A stretch of 63,072 nt of DNA, counting the filler, from Chiloscyllium plagiosum (taxonomy: Eukaryota): the NCBI RefSeq assembly GCF_004010195.1. It is 3 parts of one record of this genome, joined end to end, with 100 filler letters (N's around TTAATTAATTAA, not from the genome) between each part and the next. Parts side by side here need not be neighbours in the genome. Positions count along the whole stretch, not along the records: positions 22,699 to 54,392 come from NC_057711.1; 2 more parts are not named here. One strand, 5' to 3'. The notes beneath the pieces were generated by a model. It saw nothing but the letters and a program-made list of their open reading frames with translations. It was not told the DNA's origin and ran no database searches. Made by a program: the position numbers and the translations under genes. Of this stretch, positions 23,973 through 37,689 are shown piece after piece; the first letter of the stretch is position 1, and the number at the start of each line of letters is the position of its first letter.

Positions 23973-25269
23973 ATTATAGTGGCAGCATCACTCAATGAGC
24001 TCAAAAAAATTGTAACTGGAATCTTTAATTTTGTACCTTTGGATGTAGAATATGAAGGAAACGAGGAATATTCAGTTTTGTACAAGGACTCAGCTAAATA
24101 CAATTGGAATGATGGGATTTTGTTATTAAAAGGATATGAAAGCAATATACATGTCCACGGCAATTTCACTGGGTTGGTGCAATTATGAAGAGAAATTTGG
24201 CAATTTTGTTCTTCATTCAACAAAGATGAATTACAGTTTGGTCTTTGTTATTTGGTATGACAGAAATGAAGGTACAAATTTGGTACAGATCACAGCATAT
24301 ATCAAAAGGGAAATTTATAAAAGAATGTCTGAACCCAGAATGTGATTGGAATGTGAAATGTTATGCCAGCAAGTCATTACTGAGGTAGAATGCACAGGAT
24401 AGATTTTCTCATCTGAATGTGGAGTGTATGAGGTGAGTTACATAGCTTGTAGCCAGTTTCTCATGGTAGGCTTGTTATCAGAATTATGTGTAGCTTCAAG
24501 GTTAGACATAAACATGTGTGGAAGGAAAATGTACTGTGCATTTGTTACAAAAAGCTCATGAAAGAACCTAAATGCCAGTAGAAAGAAGATAAAAATAAGT
24601 TGAAAAATAATTGAACAATGATACTGCTGTGTGCACTTTAAGTAAGCTTCCATTCATTGACTTACATAAAAATCTTGAATGCACCCTTCACATAGGTGCA
24701 ATTATGAATAAAAGTTGGGAAATTCATTGCAATTTTATGTGGTGTGGTAATGGTGGTAGGAGTGAAGTTTACTTTCTAATGATGACAATGGTCCTTTGCT
24801 TGTTCATTTCTATGATTTTTTTTCACCATAAGTAATTGTATGATGTACAGCAAGCAGAGAACTCATTAATATATCTGTTATAAAGGGGAAATTAGTTCTT
24901 TTTTTAATGGATTAAATTTATGATTAAAGAAAGAACTAGGGCAAGTGTAATTACATTTCTTAGAACAGATAGAGAAAAGCAACATAAATGTCATAGGATG
25001 GCTGATCTGTTTTTGTGTGATCAAATTAAAGTGTTCAAGATTACAGAGTAAACAATGCAGGCAGACTTGGATTATGAGACTGCATATATTGTCACCACGT
25101 TTTCTAGTATAGAACAATGGGTAGGAGAGCAAGCTGCGAATATGAAGCATCTGCAAGGAGATGGATGTTGAGTAAAATAGCCTGTAGGCATAGACAGGGC
25201 AGAAACATGGAGTTAAGGCCACAAAGGTTATTGACTTCAGTAGGACAAAGAGAACAGTAAGGTGTTATA

Positions 25270-25700
25270 AGGAGATACTGGATAGGCTGGGACTTGTTTA
25301 CCTGGAATGTGAAAGGCTGAGGGATAACGTTATGGAGGTTAATAAAATCACGAGGGGCATCGATAAAATGAATAGCAAAAATCTTTTCCCTAGGATAGGT
25401 GAATTCAAAACCAAAGGATGTGAATTTAAAATGAGAGGGGAAAAATTTAAAAGGAATCTTAGGGGCAATTTGTTCACACAGAAGATGGTGCATACCTGGA
25501 ATAAACTGTCAGAGGAAATCGTAGAGACAGGTACAATTATAACACTTAAAATAAATTTGGACCCGTATATGATTAGGAAATGTTTCGAAGAATATGGGCC
25601 AATTGCAGAAAAATGGGACTAGTTGAGTTTAGGAAACCTGGTTGGCATGGATGGGTTAGACCAAACAGTCTGTTTCCATGTTTTTTGACTCTATGGCTCC
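25270..25700 (+). mobile_element. HER1/CR1 LINE 3' fragment
   Basis: ORF 25332-25622 (..LFTQKMVHTWNKL..) followed by the HER1-like tail. Confidence 0.85.
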
Positions 25701-27130
25701 ATGACTGAGTTCTGCAGTGCAGAGTGCAGAACGTGGTGCCCATGTACATAACCTTGATAAACATTATCGTGCAGCTACAGCAAATAATTGGAAACGCAAA
25801 AGGCACATTAGCTTTTATTGCAAGGGAACTGGAGTGCAAAGTCGGAAATTCTTGTTACAATTGTGCAGGACATTGTTGAAATCAAAGTGGGATATTTCTG
25901 TCGGTCTGGGGGTTCTGGTAACATCAGTCAAAGCCACATTTCGCTCACAGACAAGGAGCTAGGCTATGGTCAGTCATCATCTTGGACTAGACATGGTTAG
26001 GAGATATGAATGACTACAGCCCAGGAGTGGGAAGCAGTTAGTTGTATAAGCTCATCACAAGCAGTCAGGGAGCTGCAAAGACAGAGATCAGGGGTCTGCT
26101 CAGTCATGTCTTGGGCTGTTTATTTAAACTGGTCATAAGTCTGGGGTGAATGCAGACTTGAGGGTCCATGAACAAGCAGTGTGGAGGGGCCAGTGGAATT
26201 ATCAAGGCTGGGCAAGAAAACAGAAGCATATGTTTACATGAGGATAAGGACAGTGATAAGGGATATGTCAAGATATAATGGAGCATAGGGAACAGCATCA
26301 CAGAGCATGCCAGTGGTGGTCATCAGTGAGATGTAATATCAAGATTCAAGGGCAAGGAGGAAAGTCGGAAGCAAAGTTCATTGTGGTGAGGTTCCGCATG
26401 GGGGAAATGGTTGCAAATGAGCTGTCTGTAAAGCACAAGTGAAAAGGGACATGGGGGATGGGGGTAATCTAATGACTGGGCCGACCGTGGTACTCAGGGT
26501 GTTCATCATGAGCTGTGCTCCCTGTTGTCACTTGCTGTTCACTACATGCTAACTGTAACTAGGAAATGACAAAGACAATGTCCAGGATTGATGGAGTCAA
26601 TCAGATTGATGGGCAAAAGCATGGGATAAATGTCTCCTGCAAGCTCAGATATTGAAGGGGCAAAAACAAGAAGTATGCACTTTAAAAATGCAGTTGTATT
26701 TAATTTTCAATAATTTTATTGTCCATGTGCATTACATGAAAAGTAAAGATGAATATGGTTCAAATACTGATCAATGACAGTTTGCACCATGCTATTGGTC
26801 CTTGCAAACTGAACTCTGGTGGTCTCAATGATACAAAAGTTAGTGGCAGTGCATAACCTGTGAAACTTGCATGGATGGTTGTGGGAGATGTAGCTAATCA
26901 CTTTAGCATCTTTCTTGTAAGTATTATGATGGACTGTCCTGACTGTGTGAAAAACATTCACACAGAAGCTGTGACCAAATGTTTGTTGTGAGACCTACAG
27001 CGTGGCACATATTTCCTACACAAAAATGTACTTGACTAAATGTCTGAATAAACTGAATATTGCTTAAAAATACTTTTTTGTGAAATTGGATCTTAGGTAT
27101 GCATTTGTGACAAATATGATGTATGTGTGC

Positions 27131-27262
27131 ATGATTTCATGGAGGTGCCAGTGGTTGGACTGGGATGGACAAAGTCAGTAGTCATACGACACCAGATTAT
27201 AGTCCAACAGATTTATTTGAAATCACAAGCTTTCTGAGCGCTACTCCTTTGTCAGGTGAAGA
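27131..27262 (-). mobile_element. Short PLE-derived insertion (hammerhead to tail)
   Basis: GGAGGTGCCAGTGGTTGGACTGGGATGGACAAAGTCAG..AAGCTTTCTGAGCGCTACTCCTTTGTCAGGTG, matching 13470-13595. Confidence 0.8.
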
Positions 27263-27660
27263 GTTTAGAACAACAAGGGCTGATTTGATTGAAGTTTATA
27301 AGAAACTGTAAGGTCTTAATGAGGTGGATGCTCAAAGCATGTTTCTAATGTGAGTGAGTCCAGAACTAGGGGGACACTGTTTTAAAGGTAATGATTTTCC
27401 TTTTAGGAAAGAGGTAAGGAGAATTCTTTTATTTTCTCAGAGCATTGGTGCTATTTTTGAACACTCTGCCTCAGAATGCAGTGAAGTCGGCAAAGTCATT
27501 GAATGTTTATCATCTGCAGGTAGATAGAATTTTGTTAGCTGGGAATCAAAATTTGTCAATGACAGATGGGAATATGAAATTTGAATCAGGGAGATTAGCC
27601 ATGATCTTATTGATTGGTGATGCAGGCCTGAAGGATCAATGGTCTATTTCTGTTCCTCAT
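27263..27660 (+). mobile_element. Old CR1 LINE 3' fragment
   Basis: GATTTGATTGAAGTTTATAAG..GTCCAGAACTAGGGGGACAC..CTCTGCCTCAGAATGCAGTG. Confidence 0.72.
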
Positions 27661-28499
27661 CTGTATATTTGCATTATATTCAAATGTAACAAATGGGTTT
27701 TCTGCTCCTCAATTGTATATGCATACATATGTTTAAAAGGACAAGAGGAGCCTTCTGCTCATATTTCTATCTGCTATTGATGTTCATAATTTCTATGAGG
27801 ATGGCTACCAAAATTTTTATTTCAGGTAGACCCTTATCCCCCAGAAAATAGATTTTATTCTGGTTTGTAGTAGTTTGAGTTTCCAATCTGGACGTTCATT
27901 GAATGATGTTTTCCACGAGGAGTGTAAATTTGAAAAGTTTTTTTTCACATTACTGACAACAGAAACTGTTGGAAAATGTTCACAGTATAAGCATCTGGTT
28001 TGGAAGGAGAAGCAGAGTTGATAGACCTTGCATGACAATAAGTTGAGATGAACATTCATTCTCCTGATAAGTTCTTTCTGTTTCTCTGGCCACAGATGAT
28101 GTGCAAGCAGTTGAATATTTCCAACATCTTCTGTTTTCACTTTATATATTCAACATCAACAGAATTTTGCTGTTTGTTATAAATTCATTATAGATCTTCG
28201 GATCTTAAATCCAGAACATACTTGGAACATTGATCTACCAATATCTTCACATACTTGTTAAAAATTCAGGCACAGCAAAGTGGAGGTTGGTTAAAATGTG
28301 ACAAAATGGCATAATAATTAGTTTGGTAAATATGGCAAGTAAATAATATTTATATCTTTTCCATGTGTTCATATTAGTTTTTACCATGATTTAGATTACA
28401 AACAAAATCATCCATGATCATTGAACAGTGAAATGCCTTAAGGGTACATTTTGTTAACTTTGTAAGTTTATTTTTCCCAACTCAATTTTCCAGATGCAC

Positions 28500-28690
28500 C
28501 TGAAGACAAAAATAATACCAGAGATCACACCATGTCAGACAGCATCCATGGAGAGAGCAAGCTGAATGACTCTTCATCAGAGCTAAATAAAATGTGGAGG
28601 GGTCTGTATCAATGCAATAGTGTGGGAGGGGGTGGTGTGGTTGGAGTGCTGGGGGAGAAAGGATGTTGATAGTTCAGATTAAGTAGGCAT
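28500..28690 (-). mobile_element. Decayed PLE-derived 3' fragment
   Basis: GTCAGACAGCATCCATGGAGAGAGCAAGCT..GACTCTTCATCAGAG (antisense CTGATGAAGAGTC). Confidence 0.6.
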
Positions 28691-31052
28691 TTCCCGACTG
28701 ATTTCTGCTTCCAAATTCAGATGAGAGATTAAGACCAGGATTTAACTCTACCCTTCCAACTGGCGGTGGGGTTCCATGCCAGCTGATGAGCTGCCAGCTG
28801 TCAAATTTTTCACATGGAGGACTTCACCCAGTGGCAAAAATAACACCTGCTTGAAGATGCCCTTTAGGCTCCCATTGATTTCAGCATCCTTAGGTCCGAG
28901 GGAGGCTGTTCCACTTGGCTTTACACTGGGGCTCCTGCTCTATTCCTGATGTATGGGAAACCCACAGTTCTGGGTTTACAAGGATGCTGTCATTTCAGGA
29001 ATAGAGAATTCTAGTAATGTGGAAAAATCAGCTGAGTTTGTTTTGTTTTGGTTCAGAGGGAGACAAAATGAGATTTAATTGAGGTTATTGAAATTATGAA
29101 TGACACCAATGTTATATATAAGGATATATTCCTCTTAAGCAGTGAGGTCAAATCTGGAGCTATGTATAAAAGCAATTGGTAGAAAGTTTAAAGACGAATT
29201 GAGGAGATACAGTTTTTACCCAAAGGGTGAAAAGAATAAAATACATGCCCTGAAAGACCATACTAAATGCTCAAGAGATTTGAAAAGCACTTGAACATGC
29301 ACTTGAAGTGCTGTTAGGTACCAGGATATAGACCAAGATTTGAAAAATAAATGAAACTGGGCGTCTCTTTTTCAGTCAGCTCTGATAAAATAGACTGCTT
29401 CTATGCCATATTTTTTGTCTATTTTGGTATAATTGATTAACGTTACAGGAAGAATTAAATGCCAAAAGTTGGTTTTGCTTCAGAACTAACAAACATGAAG
29501 CTTCTTAGAAAATACTGAGAATTTGAGATCAATGTGAAGGAAACAGCCAGTGAAACAAAAGTAAATTGTGCTTGAAGATGAAAGATAAATAACAAACAGA
29601 AAATCAGGATGCAAGCAACTAGCCATAAGGGGAAGATTAAAGTGAACCATAAAGAACACTAATCTCAAAAAAAAGGGAAAAGCAATCAAGACAAATGAAT
29701 TAGGAGAAAAAGCAGCTGAATTTAGACTGTCAAGCTTTTCTTTTTTAAAAAAGCCTAGAACTGTAATTTATTAAGAAAAAAGTAAACTGAGTAAAAACAA
29801 GGTATTCTTCATCTCATGAATTCAGAAGAAGCAAAAAAATTCCTAAAGTTGAAAGAAAAAGTAGCAAGAGATATGAACAGGCTGTTGGCTAATTACTGCC
29901 TATATGCATTATCATACAAAGTCAAAGCCAACCTTCCAGTGCATGACTAAGTAAAGTTCTATATTGAAAGAAAAGTTGTGAAAGAATAAAAAAGCATTAT
30001 TTAGATATATTTGTTACTGTAGCATTCTAGTGTGAGTTAATTTCTTCTAAGAATTGGTTTGAAATTGTCCAAGACCATTTTAATGGCAGAAATGCTAATT
30101 TCATTTGTTTAAACATTTTGATCTCTTCAGAATTTAAATGACTGAATATATTATATCACCCTACTCTCAGGGATTTTTTTTTCCTTTTGTTCATAATCCA
30201 TCATTCAGTTCAAGAGCATTCAGTTCACCAATTCAAAATCAGGATAAACTCATCTTTTGTATAAACTTCCTCAGCTCCTCAGATTATTAAAGGTTTTAAT
30301 AAGATAGAGATCAGAACAAGGGACAATAAATAAAAGGTTGTCACTAATAAATTCAATAAACATTCATATAAACTTATTTATCAGGAGAATGGTCTGAACG
30401 TGGAATTTACTATCATAAGGAGTTGTTGCGACTAAAGGTATATATGCAGTTGAAGAAAAACTAGGCAAAAATATGATGAAAAAGGAATAGAATAATATAT
30501 CAATGGGGTTAGCTAAGGAATGGTAGGAAGAAGCTAGCGTTTTTTTTAATTTGCTCATGGGACGTTGACATTGCTGGCTGGACAGCACATAATACCTGCC
30601 CTTAGCTGCCCTTGAACTGCATGGTTTGCAAGACTATCTCAGAAAGCAGTTGTTTGTGTGGTACATAAGCATGGACCCATTTTGCCAAGTATCCTACGTC
30701 TGTGCTTAAAAAGAAAAAGACTAATCTGCAATTGGATAACATTTGCTGTATAATCCTGATTGTGTGAGGAATTATGATAACAACCAATATAAGATTGTCA
30801 ATCAGGCTTGCAGTGTGGCAAACTCACATGTACTGGACCCCCTTTTTTTTCTCACAGAAAGAACATGCATATGCACTGTACCTATTTCAACTCAGCAAAG
30901 TGGGTGACAGCCTTTTGTTAGTTCACTTCTCAGGATAATGCCCTAACCAGTCATAGTCAACCTGACTTGTTTAAAGTTTAACAATACCTGGCTATTAACT
31001 GTCAATCAACATTAATGGGTGAATTCTCCATCATAATGCCTTTTCCAATAAG

Positions 31053-31528
31053 TTTAAAATCACACAACACCAGGTTATAGTCCAACAGGTTTATTTGGAA
31101 GCATTAGCTTTTGGAGTGCTGCTCCTTCATCAGGTTCTTGTGGAGAATAAGATTGTAAGACACAGAATTTATCGCAAATGTTTACAGTGTGATGTAACTG
31201 AAATTACATATTGAAAAAGAGCTGGGTTGTTTGTTAAGTCTCTCATCTTTTAGAATAACCATGTTGGTTTCAATTCTTGCATATGTTAAAAGATGAGAGA
31301 CTTAACAAACAACCCAGGTCTTTTTCAATATATAAGTTCAGATACATCACACTGTAAACTTTTGCAATAATTTCTGTGTCTTACAATCTTATTCTCCACA
31401 ACTACTTGATAAAGGAGTAGCACTCCAAAAGCTAGTGCTTCCAAATAATCCTATTGGACTATATCCTGGTGTTGTGTGATTTTTAACTTTGTACCTCCCC
31501 AGCCCAACATCGGTATCTCCAAATCATG
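31053..31528 (+). mobile_element. Penelope-derived foldback insertion with ~200-bp inverted arms and a ~38-nt tail
   Basis: Arms ~31050-31252 and 31287-31489; exact 12-bp TSD TTTTCCAATAAG at 31041-31052 and 31529-31540. Confidence 0.9.
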
Positions 31529-31770
31529 TTTTCCAATAAGATTCTACTTAACAACCAGTAGCACTCACCTCTTATGTAGTACAATTGGTGGTTTCCTCCT
31601 TAAACTTGCATTTCTTGTGAAATGTTCTGACCATGCAGTTGTGATGTGGTGGTGTCCACTACATCATGTTCATACATGGCTACTATCTTAGCAGCATTGA
31701 TGATTTGTTCACTCTGGTAATCCACCAGCCACCATATTGAACTAGAGAGTGGGTCCTTGGTTACAAGGAC

Positions 31771-31896
31771 AATCTGAAAGTGAGGACTGCAGACACTGGG
31801 GAGAGTCGAGAGTGTGGTGCTGGAAAAGCACATCAGGTCAAGCAGCATCCGAGGAGCAGGAGAATCGACGTTTCAGGCATAAGCCCTTCATCAGTA
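31771..31896 (-). mobile_element. Short PLE-derived insertion starting at the hammerhead core
   Basis: Minus strand CTGATGA-A-GGGCTTATGCCT-GAA-ACGT-C-GATT; TSD TACAAGGAC at 31762-31770 and 31897-31905. Confidence 0.86.
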
Positions 31897-33459
31897 TACA
31901 AGGACTAGCTGTTGTATAATCGGCCGCTGACTTCCCTTCACATACCCATCATGTGTAGACAGCACGTCTAAAATGAAAGCCATGCGTTGTGTGTGTTGCT
32001 ATTCTTATTTTTAAGTTTCTGGCTTCTTTTGGGGCTTTTGTGATCTAATATGTATGTGTATGTAGCCACTTTCTGATCCAATACTTAGAGTCTCATTTGA
32101 ATAAACAAGATGCAATTTGTTTCTTCCCCACAGCTACTTACAGCTTATAAAAGTTGGTTCACATTGAGCGGTGCTTATTGCATGCAATTAAGTAATAACT
32201 ATTTCAATGTAAGGCACTAGGCAACAATAAAAAAGACTATTATGCAGATCATCAGCAAACAGAAACATCAGTCCCTGATGGAGAGCCCTACAGTTCTTGC
32301 TGCGCTGGGTGTCCCAATCCCAGGTGGTCTGGTGCATCAGTGAGAATCTGACCATCATGAGACTACAGACATAGACACTAATGGTTCCATGAGGTGCAGG
32401 ATAAGGTAAAGGCAGAGGAAGGAGAAGCAAGAAAGGGAGGATGCAGCTGCCATGCCCACATTCTGGGTGGGTTGTTCCTGTTTGTATCATAAGATTTTGG
32501 TTTCCCAGAATGAAACCCTAATTTTTGTTGCTCCACAATACCCACATTAACATCCCTCTGATACCAAGAATCACAACCTCCTCTTGCTTTTCTTGGCCAC
32601 AATCCTGAAGCACCACAAAGCAATCATTTTTTTCCCAATAACACGTTCAGTACTGCATATAACACTTAACATTCTTCTCAACCTGTGGTACTTGTCTTTC
32701 ACCTGGCCCTGTGAATCTATAGAATGCTAAAGTTGATCTGCAGCAAGAGTGATGAAAAGCTGCTAGAGTACACTTAACGAGACTGCAGATGACTTTGGTG
32801 CAAGTCCTGAATATTGAAGGTTCAGCTTCATTCTGCACTGCCTTATCATCAGTCTGGGCTAGCTGGCAATGAACAGCATGAGCACTACCAGAGTCCAATA
32901 TCAGAGGAGGGAGAATGAACAATGATATTCTTACAGAGGACAGCAGGTTCATATTCCACAGAATCACAGCCAAGGACCTTGTCTCAATAATCTACTGGAG
33001 ATCAGATTTCTGTACTTTTGTGAGATTCTGTAAACTCCTTTGAGCATCGATAGCCACAGCTATAGCAACAGGGAATTCTTAAACATTAAATACAATGCAT
33101 TAATTATTTCACAAACTGCTTCCTTTAAGACCATAAGATAAAATTCATCAGGACCAAAATCTTGGCAGCTCATTGTTCCACCACAATTTCTGAAAGTGGA
33201 TGCAAACTGACATGTTTAATTATTAATTCTTCAGATTCACATTTTATAGAACCACACTCACATTGTAAACTTATTTTTATTTTAGAAACATCTAGTTTCT
33301 CATTATCTGTTTTTATATTTCTAACTAGTTTTCTTTTTTACTCTAATTTTTTCATTTAGAGTTCTTGTAATCTTTTATTCATTCTTTGCTATTTATTATA
33401 TTTTGTCCAACCTTCTGACTTGCCACCACCTTAACTGAATTAAAGGCTCTTTCAATAGA

Positions 33460-33572
33460 GCCCTCTTGTGACACCTTGGTAATACCTCTACCCCTTTACT
33501 AGGAAGCTCAGGCTCAAATCCCACTTGCCTCAATATGTAATAGCATCTCTGAACAGGTTGATTAAAAAAAAA
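33460..33572 (+). mobile_element. Solo copy of the short tRNA-derived SINE unit seen at 3970-4505
   Basis: GCCCTCTTGTG..GGCTCAAATCCCACTTGC..CATCTCTGAACAGGTTGATTAAAAAAA. Confidence 0.68.
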
Positions 33573-34312
33573 AGTTATAGCCTTGTAGCCATTCTCTTTC
33601 AGTTTGATATCATAGTTAACCATGGATATTGATCCTCCCCTTGGACTTTTCTTTCATGTTGGAATGCACCTATTTGTTTTTTCTGAAGTATTCCTTGAAT
33701 GTTTCACATTGCATCTCTGTTGGTCTATCCCTTGGCCTAATTTGTCAGTTCACTTTAGTTAGTTCTACTTTCAAGCACATATTTTCCTAAAATCTGGGAC
33801 TGGCTCATCCCTCCCTTCTCTCACTGCAGAAGTTCCTAAGCTATTACTTAAACCTATCTCATTTTATAATATTAGGATTTGTATAACTTGCTCTCTGGCT
33901 GATTCCAAAACATGTTGTCCTAAGAGCTGATCCTGAAAACATTCAATGAATTCTTCAACTATGTTACCTTTTTGCCTATCTGATTTGTACCCTCAATGAA
34001 GTTTAAATCCCTGACGATGTTGCAGTTTTTAGACAAATTTATTTCTTTTTGTATACTGCATCCGAGCATGTTGTTACTGCTAGGCTCCTTTATACCACTC
34101 CATCAAGACATGCCTTTATCATGTCTCATATATACAAACTGCTTCTATATCTTAGTTTTTCTGACTTGAGGTCATCCTTTTTTATTGAGCTAATACCATT
34201 ACTAATTAACAGAACCACCCTCTGCATTTTCCTTGATTCTTATCCTTCCTGAGTGCCCTATACTCTTCAATATTTGGGAACAAATTTATCTCATCATACA
34301 TGTCTCTCCTGT

Positions 34313-34540
34313 TTTAAACTAAAAGTAATCTAAAAGTAAAGCTCCCTTGACACTATCCCTATCAAACACTTGCATAACAGGGACAGCCCGGGGTTAGATA
34401 TAGGATAAAGCTCCCTCAACTCTTTTAAAACTAAAAGAAATTGGAAAATAAAGTTCCCTCCACTACATCCCTGTGAAACATTCCCAGGACAAGGACAACA
34501 CAGTGTTCAACACAGAATATAGCTCCTTCAACTCTTTTAT
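34313..34540. repeat. Two ~110-bp diverged tandem units of a shark satellite-like repeat
   Basis: TTTTAAACTAAAAG..TAAAGCTCCCT..ATCAAACACT..GGGACAGC..TAAAGCTCCCTCAACTCTTTTA occurs twice. Confidence 0.72.
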
Positions 34541-35214
34541 GTAAACAGGAAGAGAAAAATAATATTAGCAAAACAGCTTCTGCCAAGTCACCGTATTAAA
34601 CACCATATCAAACACAAAATAACAGTCGAATGGAAATTTGTAGAATCAAACAGAAACTTATTAAGTTAAAATAACCTTGTATGGGGTGATGATGCACCAC
34701 AGCCCGGGCGGGAGCCACCAGTCTCTAAAGGCTCTACCTTGCCAGTTAGCATTGAGTGCTCCCCCTCTAGGGACACCTGAGGATGGATATAACCACAAAA
34801 GTGGGGCAGAAAGGAATGATGAGCCCCTATCCACAACCCACTCCCTGGACCTATTAATGGCAACAAGGTCTGCAAATGTTCTGCTAGAACATTATCCGCC
34901 ATTTCCATATTGGAAGGAAACAGTTTGAAACCCAGTGCTGACTTGGAATTGGGCTCAGCATGTGTCTTGACACTGATAACAAGCTTTCTGGTTGGTTTAT
35001 CAGTGCATTAGCATGTCTCTGTGTACATCTATCCTGCCCTTTAAAGCCCTTGTATTAATCCTTTACAGGACAATTCAGTTGTAACCTTATCCCCTGAGGA
35101 CCTGGCCTCTGAATGAACCTTTCCCACTGGCCTGACTACAATCCGTTTGTGTCCATTGGTTCACGATTTGCAGATTCTGCCCTTTATGCTTTCCTCCAAA
35201 ATTACATTGTTTAT

Positions 35215-36174
35215 TTGTTTTTGTTTGTCATTTATATAAATAACCTGGATGAGGGCCCAGAAGGATGGATTAGTAAATTTGTGGATGACACTAAGGTCGG
35301 TAGAGTTGTGGATAGTGATGAAGGATGTTGTAGGTTACAGAGACACATAGACCAACTACAAAGCTGGGCTGAGAGGTGGAAAATGGAGTATAATGCAGAA
35401 AACTGTGAAGTAATTCACTTTGGGAGGAGTAACAGGAATGCAGAGTACAGGGCTAATGGTAAGATTCTTGCTAGTATAGATGAACAGAGAGATCTCGGTA
35501 TCCAGGTACATAGATCCTTGAATGTTGCCACCCAGATTGACAGTGTTGTTATGAAGGCGTACAGTGTGTTAGCTTTTATTGGTAGACGGATTGAGTTTTG
35601 GAACCATGATATAATGCTGCAGCTATCCAAAACTCTGGTGTGGCCACATTTGGAGTATTGTGTACAGTTCTGGTCACCGCATTATAGGAAGGATGTAGAA
35701 GTATTGGAAAGGGTTCAGAGGAGATTTACTAGGATATTACCTGGTATGGAGGGAAGGTCTTATGAGGAAAGGCTGAGGGACTTGAGGCTATTTTCATTAG
35801 AAAGAAGAAGGTTGAGGGGTGACTTAATTGTGACAAATAAGATAATCAGTGGATTAGATAGGTTCGACAGTGAGAGCCTTTTTCTCGGAAGGCGATGGTC
35901 AGCACGAGGGGACATAGCTTTAAATTGAGGGGAGATAGATATAGGATAGACGTCAGAGGTAGGTTCTTTACTCAGAAAGTAGTAGGGGTGTGGAATGCAC
36001 TGCCTGCAGCTGTAGTAGCCATGCCAACTTTAAGAGCATTTAAATGGTCATTGGATAGGCATATGGACGAAAATGGAATAGTGTAGGTTAGATGGGCTTC
36101 AGATTGGTTCCACAGGTTGCTGCAACATCGAGGGCTGACTGGCCTGTACTGTTCTGTAATGTTCTATGTTCTAT
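35215..36174 (+). mobile_element. 5'-truncated CR1 LINE (RT C-terminal half)
   Basis: LFVIYINNLD..SKFVDDTK..HLEYCVQFWSPHYRKD..LERVQRRFTR; frameshift near 35890; (GTTCTAT)n tail. Confidence 0.95.
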
Positions 36175-37689
36175 TTACACTCTGTGAGCTGGTGGCTTCA
36201 AATATCAGATCAAGTAATGTTGTTTCTTTCACCTCAGTGTGTTTCCATGTATGCCTTCCCTCACTGTTCAGGTATCAGTGTTTGGTTAACTAAGAGCATA
36301 ACTTCACTGAAACAGGTTTGAGATCATGGAAAAAGTGTCATGTTGGTGGGCATGGGGTTTGGGGTTGTTGGAGGGAGAATGGGGAAGTGAATAAGTGCAT
36401 GGGCTACACCCTCTATGTAACAGATTGCAGGACAAGGGTGAAATGGGATTTGAGAGGATACAGTGGGCAGGAACATTATCCTGGGTGGCTTCAATGATGC
36501 TGCTAGCCAAAACTTTAGTAGGTGCCACTCTGATTCTTCTGTCTTTCATTGGGGTTAACATATATATTTGAATAATGTATCTGCTAAAGTGAAATATGCA
36601 TATCATCAATAAGGAATTTGTTAGGGTGAGGTGAGGAATATGAATGTGAAGTTTATATTATGGTTGACGGAGATTATTAGCTGAGATGTAAAGGAGGTCT
36701 GATGAATAGAGGCAATGCTTGAAGCTAGTGGTGACATTGGTTAACACATTATTTGGGGCCTCAGTGCGTCAGTGCACAACTTGTCTTTAAAGTGCAGGTT
36801 AGCTTTAATTGGGTATGACCTTATACAAAACATAGCCTCCTGTTGAGGGTTACAGCAACATAGCAACTGGCTACACCAATTTGAAAGGGTACAGCTTATC
36901 ACACATCCTGATCTCTTTATCTGATTTAGGGATTAATTAATTCAGACTTGAAAGGCGCCTTGAGATAGATGAGTGAGTAGTTTAAATCAGTGGTCAATAA
37001 TTAAACATTCAGTTCTTAATATTTAAATATGTATTGTCTTCCCCTGTTGGGCAAAATAGGCTTTTCTTTCAAAAATTGGATTTACTGATATTTAACAATC
37101 TATTGCACCATTTTAAAATGTTATTTTAATTACATTTTATAGGGTCCTGAAGGAAATGATGGTGCCAAGATATAATATCATTTTAATTTGACTTTAAAGG
37201 GCATTGCTGTTTCTGCAGACATTAACATTGAATAGAGCTGTAAAAGTGAATGCATGTAATGTAGAGATTCATTCTCCAATCCCTGCAATGAGATTCATAC
37301 AAAGTCTGATGTTCTATCGTAATGCTAATCCTAAAACATTTTCAACAAAATGTTAATGCTAAAGCAATTCAAATGAGATTCCATCTGACACAGTAACATT
37401 TCAAAGCACTAATAAGTGCAGAGAACCTCTTTATGGTGACCCAGGACAGAAGCATGTTATTTTATTTCTCAGTTGGGTTATAAGCTAAAGCATTGACCCA
37501 GGCAATTGTATGTAAATTGCCAATCCGGAATTAGATGTACAAGTATGGGAAAAAAATTACTAAGGTATTAAAACATAAAACATAATTACTGTCACAATAA
37601 AATAGCCAAAAAACAGTCAAATTTACATTCAATGAATATTGCAGGAAAACATGTCAGGTGCAGCACCAGACAGATCGAAAAACTAGGTG

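Noticed and set aside
23979..24188. 69-aa ORF with plausible composition
   Set aside because: The DNA resembles decayed CR1 (VEY..LYK..) and has no supporting gene structure.
31041..31540. DNA-transposon MITE or pre-miRNA
   Set aside because: Asymmetric tail, variable 9-16-bp TSDs across copies, hammerhead cores and linkage to GIY-YIG coding ends point to a Penelope origin.
35113..35928. Longest ORF (271 aa) as a host gene
   Set aside because: It is a CR1 RT C-terminal fragment with a fortuitous upstream ATG and a frameshifted end.
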